Assembly (NCBI GenBank): GCA_016222815.1 | Contig: JACRQE010000007.1 | Location: 3,073-67,072, forward strand | Length of the DNA: 64,000 nt | Reading direction: 5' to 3' | Origin: Candidatus Uhrbacteria bacterium | GTDB taxonomy: Bacteria > Patescibacteriota > Patescibacteriia > 2-12-FULL-60-25 | Shown: in pieces, positions 29,241-39,169 of the stretch | Layout of the letters: every line of letters starts with the position of its first letter | How positions within the stretch are numbered: position 1 is the first letter of the stretch | The notes under the pieces: model-generated | Told to the model about the DNA's origin: nothing | Database searches by the model: none | The model's input: the letters and a program-made list of their open reading frames with translations, nothing else | Position numbers and translations under genes: made by a program

Positions 29241-30032
29241 ATGATTGTCTTTGCGGCCATCGTGCCCCACTCCCCGCTCCTAGTCCCGACCATCGGCAAA
29301 GAACATCGCCAAAAACTTGCCGGGACCACGGCCGCAATAGCCGAAATCGAGCAAGCACTGTATCTGTCTAAACCGGACACCATCTGCATCATGGCGCCAC
29401 ACGGCTCCCGCTATCCCGACGCTTTCAGCATCAATCTGGCGCAAAAATATTCCGGCAACTTCAAGGCCTTTGGTGATTTTTCGACCGTAGTCGAAGCCAA
29501 AGGTGATTTCTTGATGATCGACCACCTGCAACGGAAACTCCGCGAAGAAAACGTCCCGTTCACTCTGACATCAAATGAGGAGCTCGATTACAGCTTCAGC
29601 GTCCCCATTCTGCTTTTGACCACGCATCTGACCAACTGGAAGCTCATTCCCGTTTCACCATCCATGCACGACGGCAAATCACACTACGATTTCGGTACGC
29701 AACTCAAACGTATCCTGCACGCCGAAGAACGACGCGTAGCCGTCATCGCCAGCGCCGATCTTTCGCACAAGGTCACCAAAGACTCACCAGGCGGAGCCAC
29801 CCCGGAAGGCGAAAAATTCGACGCCGCAATGGTTGAATTCGCCGTGGCCAATAAACCAGACCAACTCTTCGCTTTGCCGCCTGATATCATCGAAAACGCC
29901 AGCCAGTGCGGTTATCGCCCTATCATGACCCTGCTAGGGACCCTGAACGAAATCAACGTCACGCCCAAAAAGCTTTGCTACGAAGCTCCGTTCGGCGTCG
30001 GCTACCTGACGGTCAGGTACGATATCGTGTAG
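29241..30032 (+). CDS. LigB/MEMO1 (AmmeMemoRadiSam B-like) family protein
   Basis: PHSPLLVP, LDYS..VP, IASADLSH, YEAPFGVGY. Confidence 0.85.
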   Translation: MIVFAAIVPHSPLLVPTIGKEHRQKLAGTTAAIAEIEQALYLSKPDTICIMAPHGSRYPDAFSINLAQKYSGNFKAFGDFSTVVEAKGDFLMIDHLQRKLREENVPFTLTSNEELDYSFSVPILLLTTHLTNWKLIPVSPSMHDGKSHYDFGTQLKRILHAEERRVAVIASADLSHKVTKDSPGGATPEGEKFDAAMVEFAVANKPDQLFALPPDIIENASQCGYRPIMTLLGTLNEINVTPKKLCYEAPFGVGYLTVRYDIV

Positions 30033-30100
30033 CGGTGTCAACATATAGCCTGTAACACAAAACATGTGGTAGAAACATGTCGTATTGATGATTTTCATCC

Positions 30101-30125
30101 CATGCTACATGCTACATGCTACATG
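30101..30125. repeat. 7-bp tandem repeat (CATGCTA)x3 supplying the priA ATG
   Basis: CATGCTA CATGCTA CATGCTA CATG. Confidence 0.85.
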
Positions 30126-31856
30126 AGGTTCGTTTCCGTCGTTCCGGCAATCCGCACCATTCCCGGTGTGGAGTCATTTGACTATTCCATCAGCCCCGAA
30201 GGTACCCTTGAGATAGGTGACCTCATCCGCGTCCCTTTCCGAAACCGACAAATACCAGCAATCGTGGTCGGTTTTTCCGACTCGAGCCAGTACGCCGCAA
30301 AAGCCAAGAACCTCGAAGACCCGCAAATTTTACTTCGTCTCGGTCCGGCGGTCGTAGATTTGCTCGAACGGACGTCCCGTCGAACATTCTCCTCCCACCC
30401 TTCAGTCCTGCTCGCCTGGCTTAGGGAAGTCCCCAAAAGATTCAAATTGCCGCCTGCCCGCGCCTCCAATGCCGATCAACTCGGGATATCGTTCGCCAAA
30501 AAAGAAACCCGCTATCTGGCGGATATACTCCATGCCCAGGATGGGCTGGTGCCGACCGCCAGTTCCTGCAACGGACGTACGCTTATCCTTTCTGCCTGGA
30601 AAAATCCTGCAACCTCTTTGGCCGCAGAATTAGGCTGTCCGGTCCTGCATTCCGACATTCCGGCTGGAGCAGCTTGGAAAATCCTCGTGGACTTCGTCAC
30701 TAGTGACGCACATCAGCTCGTCACTACGAAACTTGGTGCCTGGTTAGCCTGCTTCGCAGACACGGTACTCATCGAAGAACCGGAAAACGACGACCATAAA
30801 CAAGACGAGCTTGCACCCCGCATTGATGCCCGTTGGCTCGTAGCCGAATGCGCTAAAATCCGTCCCAACTTATCTGTCATCGGATTCAGTTTAACCCCCG
30901 GACTGGATGTGGATACTCCATCCCTGCCTGCACTGACACCTGAAACCATTTTCGAGACATTCAGCCGCAGCGGCCGTTCTTCGTTCGACGGTCTGACTGC
31001 CTCGACTATGAATCGCGTAGAGGAGGCGCTGGTCGAAAAGCGCCCTGTCACCATCATCCATCCGGTGCGCGGAGAACGCGCAAGATTTTCCTGCTCCAAC
31101 TGCGGCTGGACCGCGACCTGTCCGGCCTGCGGCTATCAATTGGGGCAATACGGCTCTTCCGGCTTATGCCGAAAATGCGGTCGCAAATCACCCCTGCCTC
31201 TCGATTGTCCGCAATGCGGCGGCACTGACTTCTCGCGCGGCCGACCCGGGTTGGACCGCCTGGTCGAGCAAATCTCCAAAATGGAGTCAGGCTCGACAAT
31301 CAGCATCATCAACCTGACGCAAGCCCAAGAAAACCGATTCCCGCAAACTTCCCTGGTCGTCATCAATGACGCAGCTTTATTAGCCGGAGCAGTTGAAGAC
31401 ATCCGCCGTCGCGAACGCCTAGTGGTCGCCTGGCGGAGACTTGCGGCCAAAGCCCAAATCGCAGGTGCAACCCTCGTGGTACAAGCCAAAGACGAGGTCC
31501 TGGCGCTCTGCCAAAGAACCATGTCATCCGAAGGGTTGGAAGAGGAACGGAAACTCGAAAAAAATGAACGTCGCCTCTTCAACTTCCCGCCTGCGTCCAG
31601 ATTGGTTAAAATGCTGGTGGATGGAGACGAGCACAACGCCGCCGCCCTATTCAAGCATCTGACCGAGGCTTTTCCCCAGGACTGGAATATCTCCGGTCCA
31701 TTCCCTGTTCCTTACCGTTCCTCGACCCGCACTCCCAGGTCCATAATCCAAGTCACTCTTCCGCTTTCTGTCTCTGAACAGGATCTATACGCCGCCTTTG
31801 ACCCGTACAAGCTTGATGCATACATTGACCTTGACCCAATCGCCTTTTTCTGCTAA
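30123..31856 (+). CDS. priA: Primosomal protein PriA-like, helicase motifs degenerate
   Basis: FDY...G..IRVPF N-terminus, four CxxC pairs, KQ...PR.DAR, FPP C-terminus; upstream of def-fmt. Confidence 0.8.
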   Translation: MRFVSVVPAIRTIPGVESFDYSISPEGTLEIGDLIRVPFRNRQIPAIVVGFSDSSQYAAKAKNLEDPQILLRLGPAVVDLLERTSRRTFSSHPSVLLAWLREVPKRFKLPPARASNADQLGISFAKKETRYLADILHAQDGLVPTASSCNGRTLILSAWKNPATSLAAELGCPVLHSDIPAGAAWKILVDFVTSDAHQLVTTKLGAWLACFADTVLIEEPENDDHKQDELAPRIDARWLVAECAKIRPNLSVIGFSLTPGLDVDTPSLPALTPETIFETFSRSGRSSFDGLTASTMNRVEEALVEKRPVTIIHPVRGERARFSCSNCGWTATCPACGYQLGQYGSSGLCRKCGRKSPLPLDCPQCGGTDFSRGRPGLDRLVEQISKMESGSTISIINLTQAQENRFPQTSLVVINDAALLAGAVEDIRRRERLVVAWRRLAAKAQIAGATLVVQAKDEVLALCQRTMSSEGLEEERKLEKNERRLFNFPPASRLVKMLVDGDEHNAAALFKHLTEAFPQDWNISGPFPVPYRSSTRTPRSIIQVTLPLSVSEQDLYAAFDPYKLDAYIDLDPIAFFC

Positions 31857-31876
31857 GATTACCCATTAATAAGACC

Positions 31877-32365
31877 ATGCCGAAAATCCTTGATGTCGTG
31901 ACCATCCCAGCCAAATCCCTGCGCCAGCGTTCGCAGGAGGTTGAGGTTACGCAAATCGGCACGCCCGATTTCCAAGGATTTTTGGATGATTTGATAGCCA
32001 CCATGGAGGTCCAGCACAACGCCGCCGGCCTGGCCGCACCGCAAGTCGGCCGCAACATCCGTGTCTTCGTGGTAAACGAAAATACCGGACCAAAAGTCTA
32101 CATCAACCCGGAGATCGAAGTCATGTCTGAAACCGTAGTCGAAAGCGAAGAAGGCTGCTTCAGCGTTCCCGGCGTCTGGGGCATGGTCCCGCGCGCCAAA
32201 AAGGTCCGCCTCAAATCCCTAGACCGCCATGGCCGTCGGCTTGAGACTGCCGCCAAAGGTTTCCAGGCCATCGTCTTCCAACACGAATTCGATCATCTTG
32301 AAGGCGTACTCTTCATCGACAAGATGACCCACAAAACCCAAGGCCTGGGTACGAAATCCGTCTGA
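31877..32365 (+). CDS. def: Peptide deformylase
   Basis: GLAAPQVG, EGCFS, QHEFDHLEG. Confidence 0.98.
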   Translation: MPKILDVVTIPAKSLRQRSQEVEVTQIGTPDFQGFLDDLIATMEVQHNAAGLAAPQVGRNIRVFVVNENTGPKVYINPEIEVMSETVVESEEGCFSVPGVWGMVPRAKKVRLKSLDRHGRRLETAAKGFQAIVFQHEFDHLEGVLFIDKMTHKTQGLGTKSV

Positions 32366-32372
32366 CATCTGC

Positions 32373-33296
32373 ATGCATAAAATCATCTTCTTCGGGACGT
32401 CCAATTTCGCGGTCCCTTCGCTCCAATCACTGGCTAGCGACGAAAGGTTCGAAATCGCCGGCATCGTGACCCAACCAGACCGTCCCGTGGGCCGCCACGC
32501 CGTCCTGACTCCACCGGCCGTAAAGATCGCCGCTCCGAAAGGAACACTCGTCTTCCAACCCGAAAAACTCAAAGACGAATCATTCAAAGCCTGGGTAACC
32601 GAGTTTGGCCCAACTTGCGACGCCTTCGTAATAGTTTCGTACGGCAAAATCCTCCCCCAGTGGCTCTTGGACCTGCCGAAAAAAGGCATCGTCAATGTCC
32701 ACGGTTCGCTCCTCCCTCGCTGGCGCGGCGCATCCCCTATCCAGGCTGCTATAGCCGCCGGCGACACTGCTACGGGCGTTACCGTCATGCTGATTGATGC
32801 CGAGATGGACCACGGACCGATTCTGGCCCAAGCCGAAGAGCCCATCATGTCCGACGACACGGGCGGCGAACTCCACGACCGCCTGGCCAAACTCGGCGGA
32901 GAACTTCTCCCAGGCGTCTTAGCCGATTATTTGGACGGCAGAATCGAACCAAAAGAACAGAAGCATGAAGACGCTACCTACTGTAAGATTTTGACGCGTG
33001 ACGACGGAAAACTTGATCCGAACGATACAGCGGAAAATCTCGAACAGCTTGTTTTTGCCTACGACCCCTGGCCCGGCACGTGGATCGAAAAAAACGGCAA
33101 ACGCCTGAAGATCCTCGAAGCCATGGAAGGCGACCCTGATAAAACACGCAATCCCGGAGACTTTTTTGTCCGCAACGGACTCCCCTGCCTCGCCTGCGCC
33201 GCCGGCACTGTCTTGGTAATCAAACGTCTCCAACCCGAAGGCAAAAAGCCTATGTCAGGGCAAGAATATTTGCGCGGCAAAAATAGCTGGATATAA
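32373..33296 (+). CDS. fmt: Methionyl-tRNA formyltransferase
   Basis: FFGT, TQPDRPVGR, NVHGSLLPRWRGASPI. Confidence 0.98.
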   Translation: MHKIIFFGTSNFAVPSLQSLASDERFEIAGIVTQPDRPVGRHAVLTPPAVKIAAPKGTLVFQPEKLKDESFKAWVTEFGPTCDAFVIVSYGKILPQWLLDLPKKGIVNVHGSLLPRWRGASPIQAAIAAGDTATGVTVMLIDAEMDHGPILAQAEEPIMSDDTGGELHDRLAKLGGELLPGVLADYLDGRIEPKEQKHEDATYCKILTRDDGKLDPNDTAENLEQLVFAYDPWPGTWIEKNGKRLKILEAMEGDPDKTRNPGDFFVRNGLPCLACAAGTVLVIKRLQPEGKKPMSGQEYLRGKNSWI

Positions 33297-33297
33297 T

Positions 33298-33522
33298 ATG
33301 GAAACTGCTATTCAAATAGGTACATACCGGCACTATTCAGGAAAAGCCTACAAAGTCATCGGCATAGGAAAACATAGCGAGACTCTCGAGGACATGGTCA
33401 TTTACGAGGCGCTTTACGACAACCAACTCTCAAAAATCTGGATCAGACCTGTAGCCATGTTCACTGAAATCGTTCCCTGGCCGGACGGCAACTCAAGACC
33501 GCGCTTTGAGTTCATTGGATAG
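33298..33522 (+). CDS. DUF1653-family protein
   Basis: GTYRHYSG..Y, HSETLE.MVIY.ALY, WIRP..MF, RF motifs. Confidence 0.88.
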   Translation: METAIQIGTYRHYSGKAYKVIGIGKHSETLEDMVIYEALYDNQLSKIWIRPVAMFTEIVPWPDGNSRPRFEFIG

Positions 33523-35808
33523 TCCTCGTTTTAACTCAATCATCCCCTCTCCCAGGAACAAAAACGCGAAACCCAGCGGATGGTTCAGATACGGCGTGAA
33601 GAAATGGAGCACGGCCAAAGCCACGAGCGACGAAACCGCTCCGAGGCGCAGCCAGCGCGGTTCTTCCAGTTTCCATATCCTCCAACCCAGCGAAATCAAT
33701 ATCCAAAGCATGACCGGGATGCCTAAAATCCCGAATTTTATCCAATGTTCCAGCCAGCCCCACTCGAACGCATAGGTTTCCTGCATGCCTCCGGTCGCTT
33801 TGACGATACGCGGATCTTTTGATTCGTAAGTCACAGTTGCACCGAAACCCGAACCAAGGACCGGATGCTCGGAAATCTTCTCCCACATTTTAGGCAGAAG
33901 CTTCCAGCGGCTGACCGCCGCATCTTCATCCATGTCCACTCGTTTTATCACCGCATCAGCGAAAGACCCGAACGGGACGTAGGGGATGGGGAAAAGCAAA
34001 GCCGCCAAAACCAAAACGACGGAAATGATACCCGCAGTTACCACCGGCTTGATTTGTCTTGAAAACAATGATCTGTAAGCCGATATCGCGACGACAATCG
34101 CTCCCGCAACCGCTCCCATCCAAAAACTGCGCGATAAGCTGATGAGGAGCACGGCGCCGCTCGCTGCCAACATCCACCATGCAATCCTCGTTTGTACGCG
34201 GTACGCGGTACGCGGTACGTCCAAAAGCCACGCCATCGCCAAGAGCCAAGCTGCCACCTCAAAGACGTGCGACTGGAAGAACACGCGCCACACGTTCTGT
34301 CCGGCGAACGTAATCTCGCCCACTCCACTACGCCGAATCCAGATATATAGACTGTCAGCAAACCACAAGCCGTGCGAAAACACGTATTCGATGAAAAGAG
34401 TCTTCAAAGCGACCCAGAAAACCGCCACAACCGCGGTCGGCACCAATGTTTTAACCAACTTGTCTCCGCGACGCCGGACTATATCCAAAATCGGTACGAG
34501 TAGCAGCAAGTCGAACCAAGCATTCGCGTCGCTGAACAGAAATCTATGGTCACCGCTCTGCCAGCCTCGGAATATCGCGAAAACGATCAACACCGCCAAA
34601 ACCAGATATTGCGACCTCCCTCGTATAATCTGCTTCACGTCATCTCGACTGAAACGGAGAAATCTCCCTAATAAGGCCAATCCCCACCCGAAAAAGATCG
34701 CGGCAAACAAAACCATCCTCAACGAAACCGTCTGCGGCCAAACTCCGATTTGAAACAAATAACCTTTAGACCCCAACGTCAACTCCAAAAGCAATGCGGT
34801 CAGTGCGTATTCAGGCTTTTTCCATGCCCAATACGACACCATGAGAGCTAAAGCGATCGCGATACAGCTATTCAACCAGCTGACACCCAAAACGAAATAC
34901 GAGATGATCTCGAGACCTGCAATCGCCAACAACCATTTCCCAGCCGTCTGGCTGAAAAAATTTATCATATCCACTGATGCCAGCCCGAATGGCACGACAA
35001 CCGCAATCAACCAATATCTCCAGCCAGGATGCCACTTGGCGAAATACCGCTTCAAGCTGGTAGTGAAATACCTTTGGCGCAACGGTTGGAACTCCTTGGC
35101 AAAAGATTGTCCCAGATGATGCACGACTGTGACTTGCGGTAGGTAGACAACGTCCCAGCCTTCCACTTTAGCCGTCTTGCAAAAATCAACTTCCTCCATC
35201 CAGATGAAATATCGCTCGTCATATCCGAGCTTTTGATCAATGAGTTCCTTACGCACCAAAAAACACGCACCCATGACCTGATCCACGGACTGTTCTTTTT
35301 CAAGGTCGACATCCGCCCCTGAATACCTTTTCAAGACCGGAAGCCACGGCATGAAATGCGCCAGCTTCAAGACAAGTGCCGCTTGGTCCCAAACTCCGGG
35401 GAAACGACGCACACTGGCTTGTACGCGACCGTCCGGATATACAAGTTTCGGCCCTAAAATACCGGCCCTTGGACGTTCATCCGCCAACTTCACGAGCTTG
35501 GTCAGGGAACCAGCCGGACATTCCGTATCCGGATTCAGGAACAAAACGTATCGCGCATCAGCTCCCTGGGCGCCGATATTGCAGGCCTTCGCGAATCCGA
35601 GATTTTGTGTGTTACGTGTCACCCGTAGGGGGACTGCATGCCGTGCCCCGATCGATTCGGCGATCGCCACGCTGTCATCGCTCGACGCATTATCCACAAC
35701 CACGCATTCCCAATCCAAACCCTCACAGGCTTTCGGCAAACTCAAAAGATTTTTCTCCAAAAGGTCAGAGACATTCCAAGATACGATGACGATACGCAGA
35801 TCTTTCAT
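33493..35808 (-). CDS. Fusion: GT2 glycosyltransferase + O-antigen ligase/Wzy_C membrane domain
   Basis: N: IVSWN, VDNASSD, FLNPD, GACFLVR, FIWMEEVD; C: multi-TM with SLSRSFW, SRW..., HPVLGSGFG, KFGILG. Confidence 0.85.
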   Translation of the reverse strand: MKDLRIVIVSWNVSDLLEKNLLSLPKACEGLDWECVVVDNASSDDSVAIAESIGARHAVPLRVTRNTQNLGFAKACNIGAQGADARYVLFLNPDTECPAGSLTKLVKLADERPRAGILGPKLVYPDGRVQASVRRFPGVWDQAALVLKLAHFMPWLPVLKRYSGADVDLEKEQSVDQVMGACFLVRKELIDQKLGYDERYFIWMEEVDFCKTAKVEGWDVVYLPQVTVVHHLGQSFAKEFQPLRQRYFTTSLKRYFAKWHPGWRYWLIAVVVPFGLASVDMINFFSQTAGKWLLAIAGLEIISYFVLGVSWLNSCIAIALALMVSYWAWKKPEYALTALLLELTLGSKGYLFQIGVWPQTVSLRMVLFAAIFFGWGLALLGRFLRFSRDDVKQIIRGRSQYLVLAVLIVFAIFRGWQSGDHRFLFSDANAWFDLLLLVPILDIVRRRGDKLVKTLVPTAVVAVFWVALKTLFIEYVFSHGLWFADSLYIWIRRSGVGEITFAGQNVWRVFFQSHVFEVAAWLLAMAWLLDVPRTAYRVQTRIAWWMLAASGAVLLISLSRSFWMGAVAGAIVVAISAYRSLFSRQIKPVVTAGIISVVLVLAALLFPIPYVPFGSFADAVIKRVDMDEDAAVSRWKLLPKMWEKISEHPVLGSGFGATVTYESKDPRIVKATGGMQETYAFEWGWLEHWIKFGILGIPVMLWILISLGWRIWKLEEPRWLRLGAVSSLVALAVLHFFTPYLNHPLGFAFLFLGEGMIELKRGLSNELKARS
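34194..34221. repeat. 7-bp tandem repeat (GTACGCG)x3 inside a CDS
   Basis: GTACGCG x3 + GTACGTC; 21 nt keeps the frame. Confidence 0.85.
35625..35649. repeat. GTAG REP inside a CDS
   Basis: GTAGGGGGACTGCATGCCGTGCCCC, similar to the REPs at 481-529; encodes GARHAVPL. Confidence 0.7.
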
Positions 35809-36518
35809 ATCTTATGCTTCTCCCTGATTATTTTTTCCGCATCCTGGTATCTCTTGATCACTTTCGGCATCCAACCGAATATTGGCCAGGGAATCTTATG
35901 CATAAAACTCGGAAGCCAGGAACTTATTCCTGCCTTGCGTTGCTTGACCCTGAACAGATACTCATCGACAAAAATGCCCGAGAGCCCTTTTTCCGCCATC
36001 GTAAGCCACACATCCCAGTCCTGGAATTTCTTGAGGCTCTCGTCGAAACTCGGAAAATCCTTACGCCTGATCAATGATGAAGTATGGATATAATTCAATC
36101 TCTTCAAAGCATCCGCATTCCAGGCTTGAGACGGAAATTTCTTGAAATCCCAAAAAAAACTCGAATACGCGAACGATGCTTTCGGATTCGACTCCAAAGC
36201 TTCGGTTAATCGCAATAGCGCATCTGGAGCCAACTCCACATCTGCATCCAAAAACATGAGATTGGCGGAATCAGTCACGCTGGCCCCATAATTCCTGGCC
36301 GCCGGCGCTCCCCTGCGTTCCGTGAACCTGTCGAGCTTAATCGGTAACTTGTCTCTAAATTTATCAACCGTCGTTTCCGGATGGTCATCCGAACCATTGT
36401 CCACGACCACGACTTCGGCCGGCAGCAGTGTCTGCCGAGACAAAGACTCCAATGTCCCGTCAAGTTCATTGGCGTGGTTGAAACACGGTATGACGATGGC
36501 GATTGGCTCATGACTCAT
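35805..36518 (-). CDS. Glycosyltransferase family 2
   Basis: IPCFN, VDNGSDD, ARNYG, FLDAD, QDWDVW. Confidence 0.93.
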   Translation of the reverse strand: MSHEPIAIVIPCFNHANELDGTLESLSRQTLLPAEVVVVDNGSDDHPETTVDKFRDKLPIKLDRFTERRGAPAARNYGASVTDSANLMFLDADVELAPDALLRLTEALESNPKASFAYSSFFWDFKKFPSQAWNADALKRLNYIHTSSLIRRKDFPSFDESLKKFQDWDVWLTMAEKGLSGIFVDEYLFRVKQRKAGISSWLPSFMHKIPWPIFGWMPKVIKRYQDAEKIIREKHKI

Positions 36519-37588
36519 ATTCTGGAAGACAAAAGCCGCCACCTTTCCTCCCATTTGAAATCCATAAGCGCTCTTTCGCGTCCCTGGCTGCCCAGCTTGA
36601 CCGCCAATTCCTTGTCATCCAACAGCCTCAAAACCGCCTCCTCGATTTCGTCGATAGAATTCGGCTTCACCAGCAAACCCGTAGCGTCATTTTTGACCGC
36701 CTCCCCTGCCCCGCCGCTTTTGCCCGCAATTGACGGCACTCCGGCCAAAGCCGCTTCCAGATAGACGATGCCGAAACCTTCCATATCGTTCTCCTCCTCA
36801 CGTACCGGCAATAGGAAGATGTCAGCTGCCGCGAACCACAGCCATTTCTCTTGGTCGTCCGCATCCGTGATCCAACGGACAACGGTCCTGGATTCTTCAG
36901 CTGTCTTCTGTAAGCGCTCTTTGTCCGGCCCATTTCCAATCACCACATATTCGACGTCGCGTTTCGCCTGGATTCGCGCCATGGCATGCAGCGAAACATC
37001 GATCCCTTTTCGCGGCACAAGTCGCGTCACCGACAGCACGACCTCTTTTTCTGGATCCAGTCCGAGGTTACGGCGTGCCTCACCTCTTGTCGGGACATGG
37101 AGCTTCTCGATACCCGGTGTCATGACGATCGCTTCAGCACTTTGCACTGACTTCTTCAATTCATCCAGCGTGGCTCGGCTGTTCGTGAACAACGCTTTCG
37201 CCCCACCGCAAATCCTCCGCAGCAGCCACCTCTTCCATGCGCTGTTCGCCAATTTCAGGTCCAACCCGTGGAACAAAACTACGTATTCCGGTCCGCCCCA
37301 CAGTTTCGAAATCCAGGCCGCCGTCCCCACCGGAAAAACCTGGCTCACGAACACGATGGCTGCCTCGCGTTTCAATTTGTGGATTTCTGGCACCATCGGC
37401 CACCAACGCGGCCAGGCTTGGCGGAACATTTTTACCGCTGAGATTTTCCCCGGTCCATCAGTCGCATGGCCCTCGGGCACCAAAACTTTCATCGCGCCAT
37501 CGGACTCTCCGACCAAATTACCCAAAAACCTGGCCACGCCGCCGCGGTCTGGCGGATAATCTAAAGTCACAAGGGTAATGTTAGACAT
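36515..37588 (-). CDS. Glycosyltransferase family 4
   Basis: DYPPDRGGV, RLVPRKG, EGFGIVYLEA. Confidence 0.94.
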   Translation of the reverse strand: MSNITLVTLDYPPDRGGVARFLGNLVGESDGAMKVLVPEGHATDGPGKISAVKMFRQAWPRWWPMVPEIHKLKREAAIVFVSQVFPVGTAAWISKLWGGPEYVVLFHGLDLKLANSAWKRWLLRRICGGAKALFTNSRATLDELKKSVQSAEAIVMTPGIEKLHVPTRGEARRNLGLDPEKEVVLSVTRLVPRKGIDVSLHAMARIQAKRDVEYVVIGNGPDKERLQKTAEESRTVVRWITDADDQEKWLWFAAADIFLLPVREEENDMEGFGIVYLEAALAGVPSIAGKSGGAGEAVKNDATGLLVKPNSIDEIEEAVLRLLDDKELAVKLGSQGRERALMDFKWEERWRLLSSRI

Positions 37589-39047
37589 CGACGTGGACCT
37601 CCTCCTCTTCATTCATCTTGAACTTACGCAATTTCAAGATAAATTCCAAGTCTCGGTAAGTGATTATCCTGAAAAGGAATGCCATGGCGACCGCAACAGC
37701 CGAACCTAGCACGAAAGCCGCCGGGAACGGCAGAAATGAGCTAATTTCTCTCCAAACATACCAGCATATCGCAGCCGCGACTCCCGCTCGTGCCAGGATC
37801 CAAGCTACGACCTTCCAGCCTCCAGCGTCGTTCCGCGCGAAGAACGCACCCATCAGGAATAAACAGTAAAAAGTTATAACACTTGCCCAAGCCGCCCCGA
37901 TAGTCCCGAAAGTCGGCACCAGCAATACGTTCATGACTATGCAGACGAACATGGTTATGACCATGGCCGTAGTCTTCAGATGCGCTCGGTTCGAAGCATT
38001 CAACAGTGCCCCAATCGGGAAATCCATGAAAATCGCCAAGAGCACCCACGGCAGTATCTCGAACGGTGCGATTGCGCCGTTGAATTTGTGGCCGTAAAAA
38101 ATCGGGATAATCTTCGGCGCCAGTGCGGAGAGTCCCGCTGCGATTGAAAATCCAAGGAACGCCATAAGCCTCAAAGCGCCCGTATACGCCTTCCGCACCT
38201 TCTCCGTATCTTTCCGGGCCCATGCCGCGGCCAAAGCCGGATAAACGGCCGCTATGACCGTCATAGGGATGAACTGCGGCGCATACGTCATCTTGTAAGC
38301 CACGGAATAAACGCCCACTGCCGTCAAACCTTGGAACGCCTCCACAAACAGCGTGTCCAGGAATGAATATGTCTTGACCGCCAAACCGGCGATGGCGAAC
38401 GGCAACGCCATCTTAACCAAATACTTGATATCCTGGAGCGTCGGTTTGACCAGATGTATTCCGTATTGCCGTGATTTGCGCCAAGCCCAAATCAAGTTCC
38501 ACGTGCTACCAAGCAGTAAGCCACCGACCAGTCCCTTTGCGCCCAAACCCAACCAGGCTGCAGACAACGAAAACACTGCCGTCAAAGACTGTCCAATAAG
38601 CATACCCAGTGCCTCCGGCCGTAAATCCTGTTTGCCGCGCAACGCTCCATACAGCATCAGATGGAACGTATCCGCCGCCATGACCAGACACGCCAATCCG
38701 ATGGCCGCCAATGTCGTCGCATCAGCCTCCTTGAAATATCCGTAGCCGAACGATGCCAGGATGGCGATAGGCAAAAGCAGGAGTTTGATCCTCACCGCCG
38801 AACCCAAAATCCGGTCCGCGTTTTCCTTAGCTCCGGCGTAGGTCAGGATGATGACCTGGGTGATGCCTAAATCCGCCAAAACCACGAAAATCGAGGTCAC
38901 GGAAACGCTGAAAAAATAGGTCCCTGTTATCTGCGGCCCCAGCATCTTGGCCACAGCCCAAAAATACCCAAATGCGATGAGTTTATTCAGGCTCATGGCT
39001 ATCACCAGCCAGGAGGCATTTTTGGCTATCCTAGAACCTTCAGGCAC
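37581..39047 (-). CDS. Wzx-type polysaccharide flippase
   Basis: About 14 TMs; IAKN, ADLG, VGVYSVAY, GTIGAAWA; GTG start. Confidence 0.9.
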   Translation of the reverse strand: MPEGSRIAKNASWLVIAMSLNKLIAFGYFWAVAKMLGPQITGTYFFSVSVTSIFVVLADLGITQVIILTYAGAKENADRILGSAVRIKLLLLPIAILASFGYGYFKEADATTLAAIGLACLVMAADTFHLMLYGALRGKQDLRPEALGMLIGQSLTAVFSLSAAWLGLGAKGLVGGLLLGSTWNLIWAWRKSRQYGIHLVKPTLQDIKYLVKMALPFAIAGLAVKTYSFLDTLFVEAFQGLTAVGVYSVAYKMTYAPQFIPMTVIAAVYPALAAAWARKDTEKVRKAYTGALRLMAFLGFSIAAGLSALAPKIIPIFYGHKFNGAIAPFEILPWVLLAIFMDFPIGALLNASNRAHLKTTAMVITMFVCIVMNVLLVPTFGTIGAAWASVITFYCLFLMGAFFARNDAGGWKVVAWILARAGVAAAICWYVWREISSFLPFPAAFVLGSAVAVAMAFLFRIITYRDLEFILKLRKFKMNEEEEVHVDV

Positions 39048-39105
39048 CCTAAAAGCTTAGCTTATTTTAGCAAAACAGGCTAGTTAGCCGATGTATATGG
39101 AGGGG

Positions 39106-39163
39106 TTGACAAAATGCCTTATTTGTGTTATATTGTTTAGTCAAAATAGCCCTTTTCCGGAGG
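39106..39163 (+). promoter_or_regulatory. Promoter and SD of orphan cassette C
   Basis: TTGACA-17-TATATT with TG extension; GGAGG upstream of ATG 39170. Confidence 0.7.
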
Positions 39164-39169
39164 ATTCCA

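Noticed and set aside
30066..30122. Upstream extension of priA
   Set aside because: Translates the heptamer array (MLHATCY); no PriA similarity.
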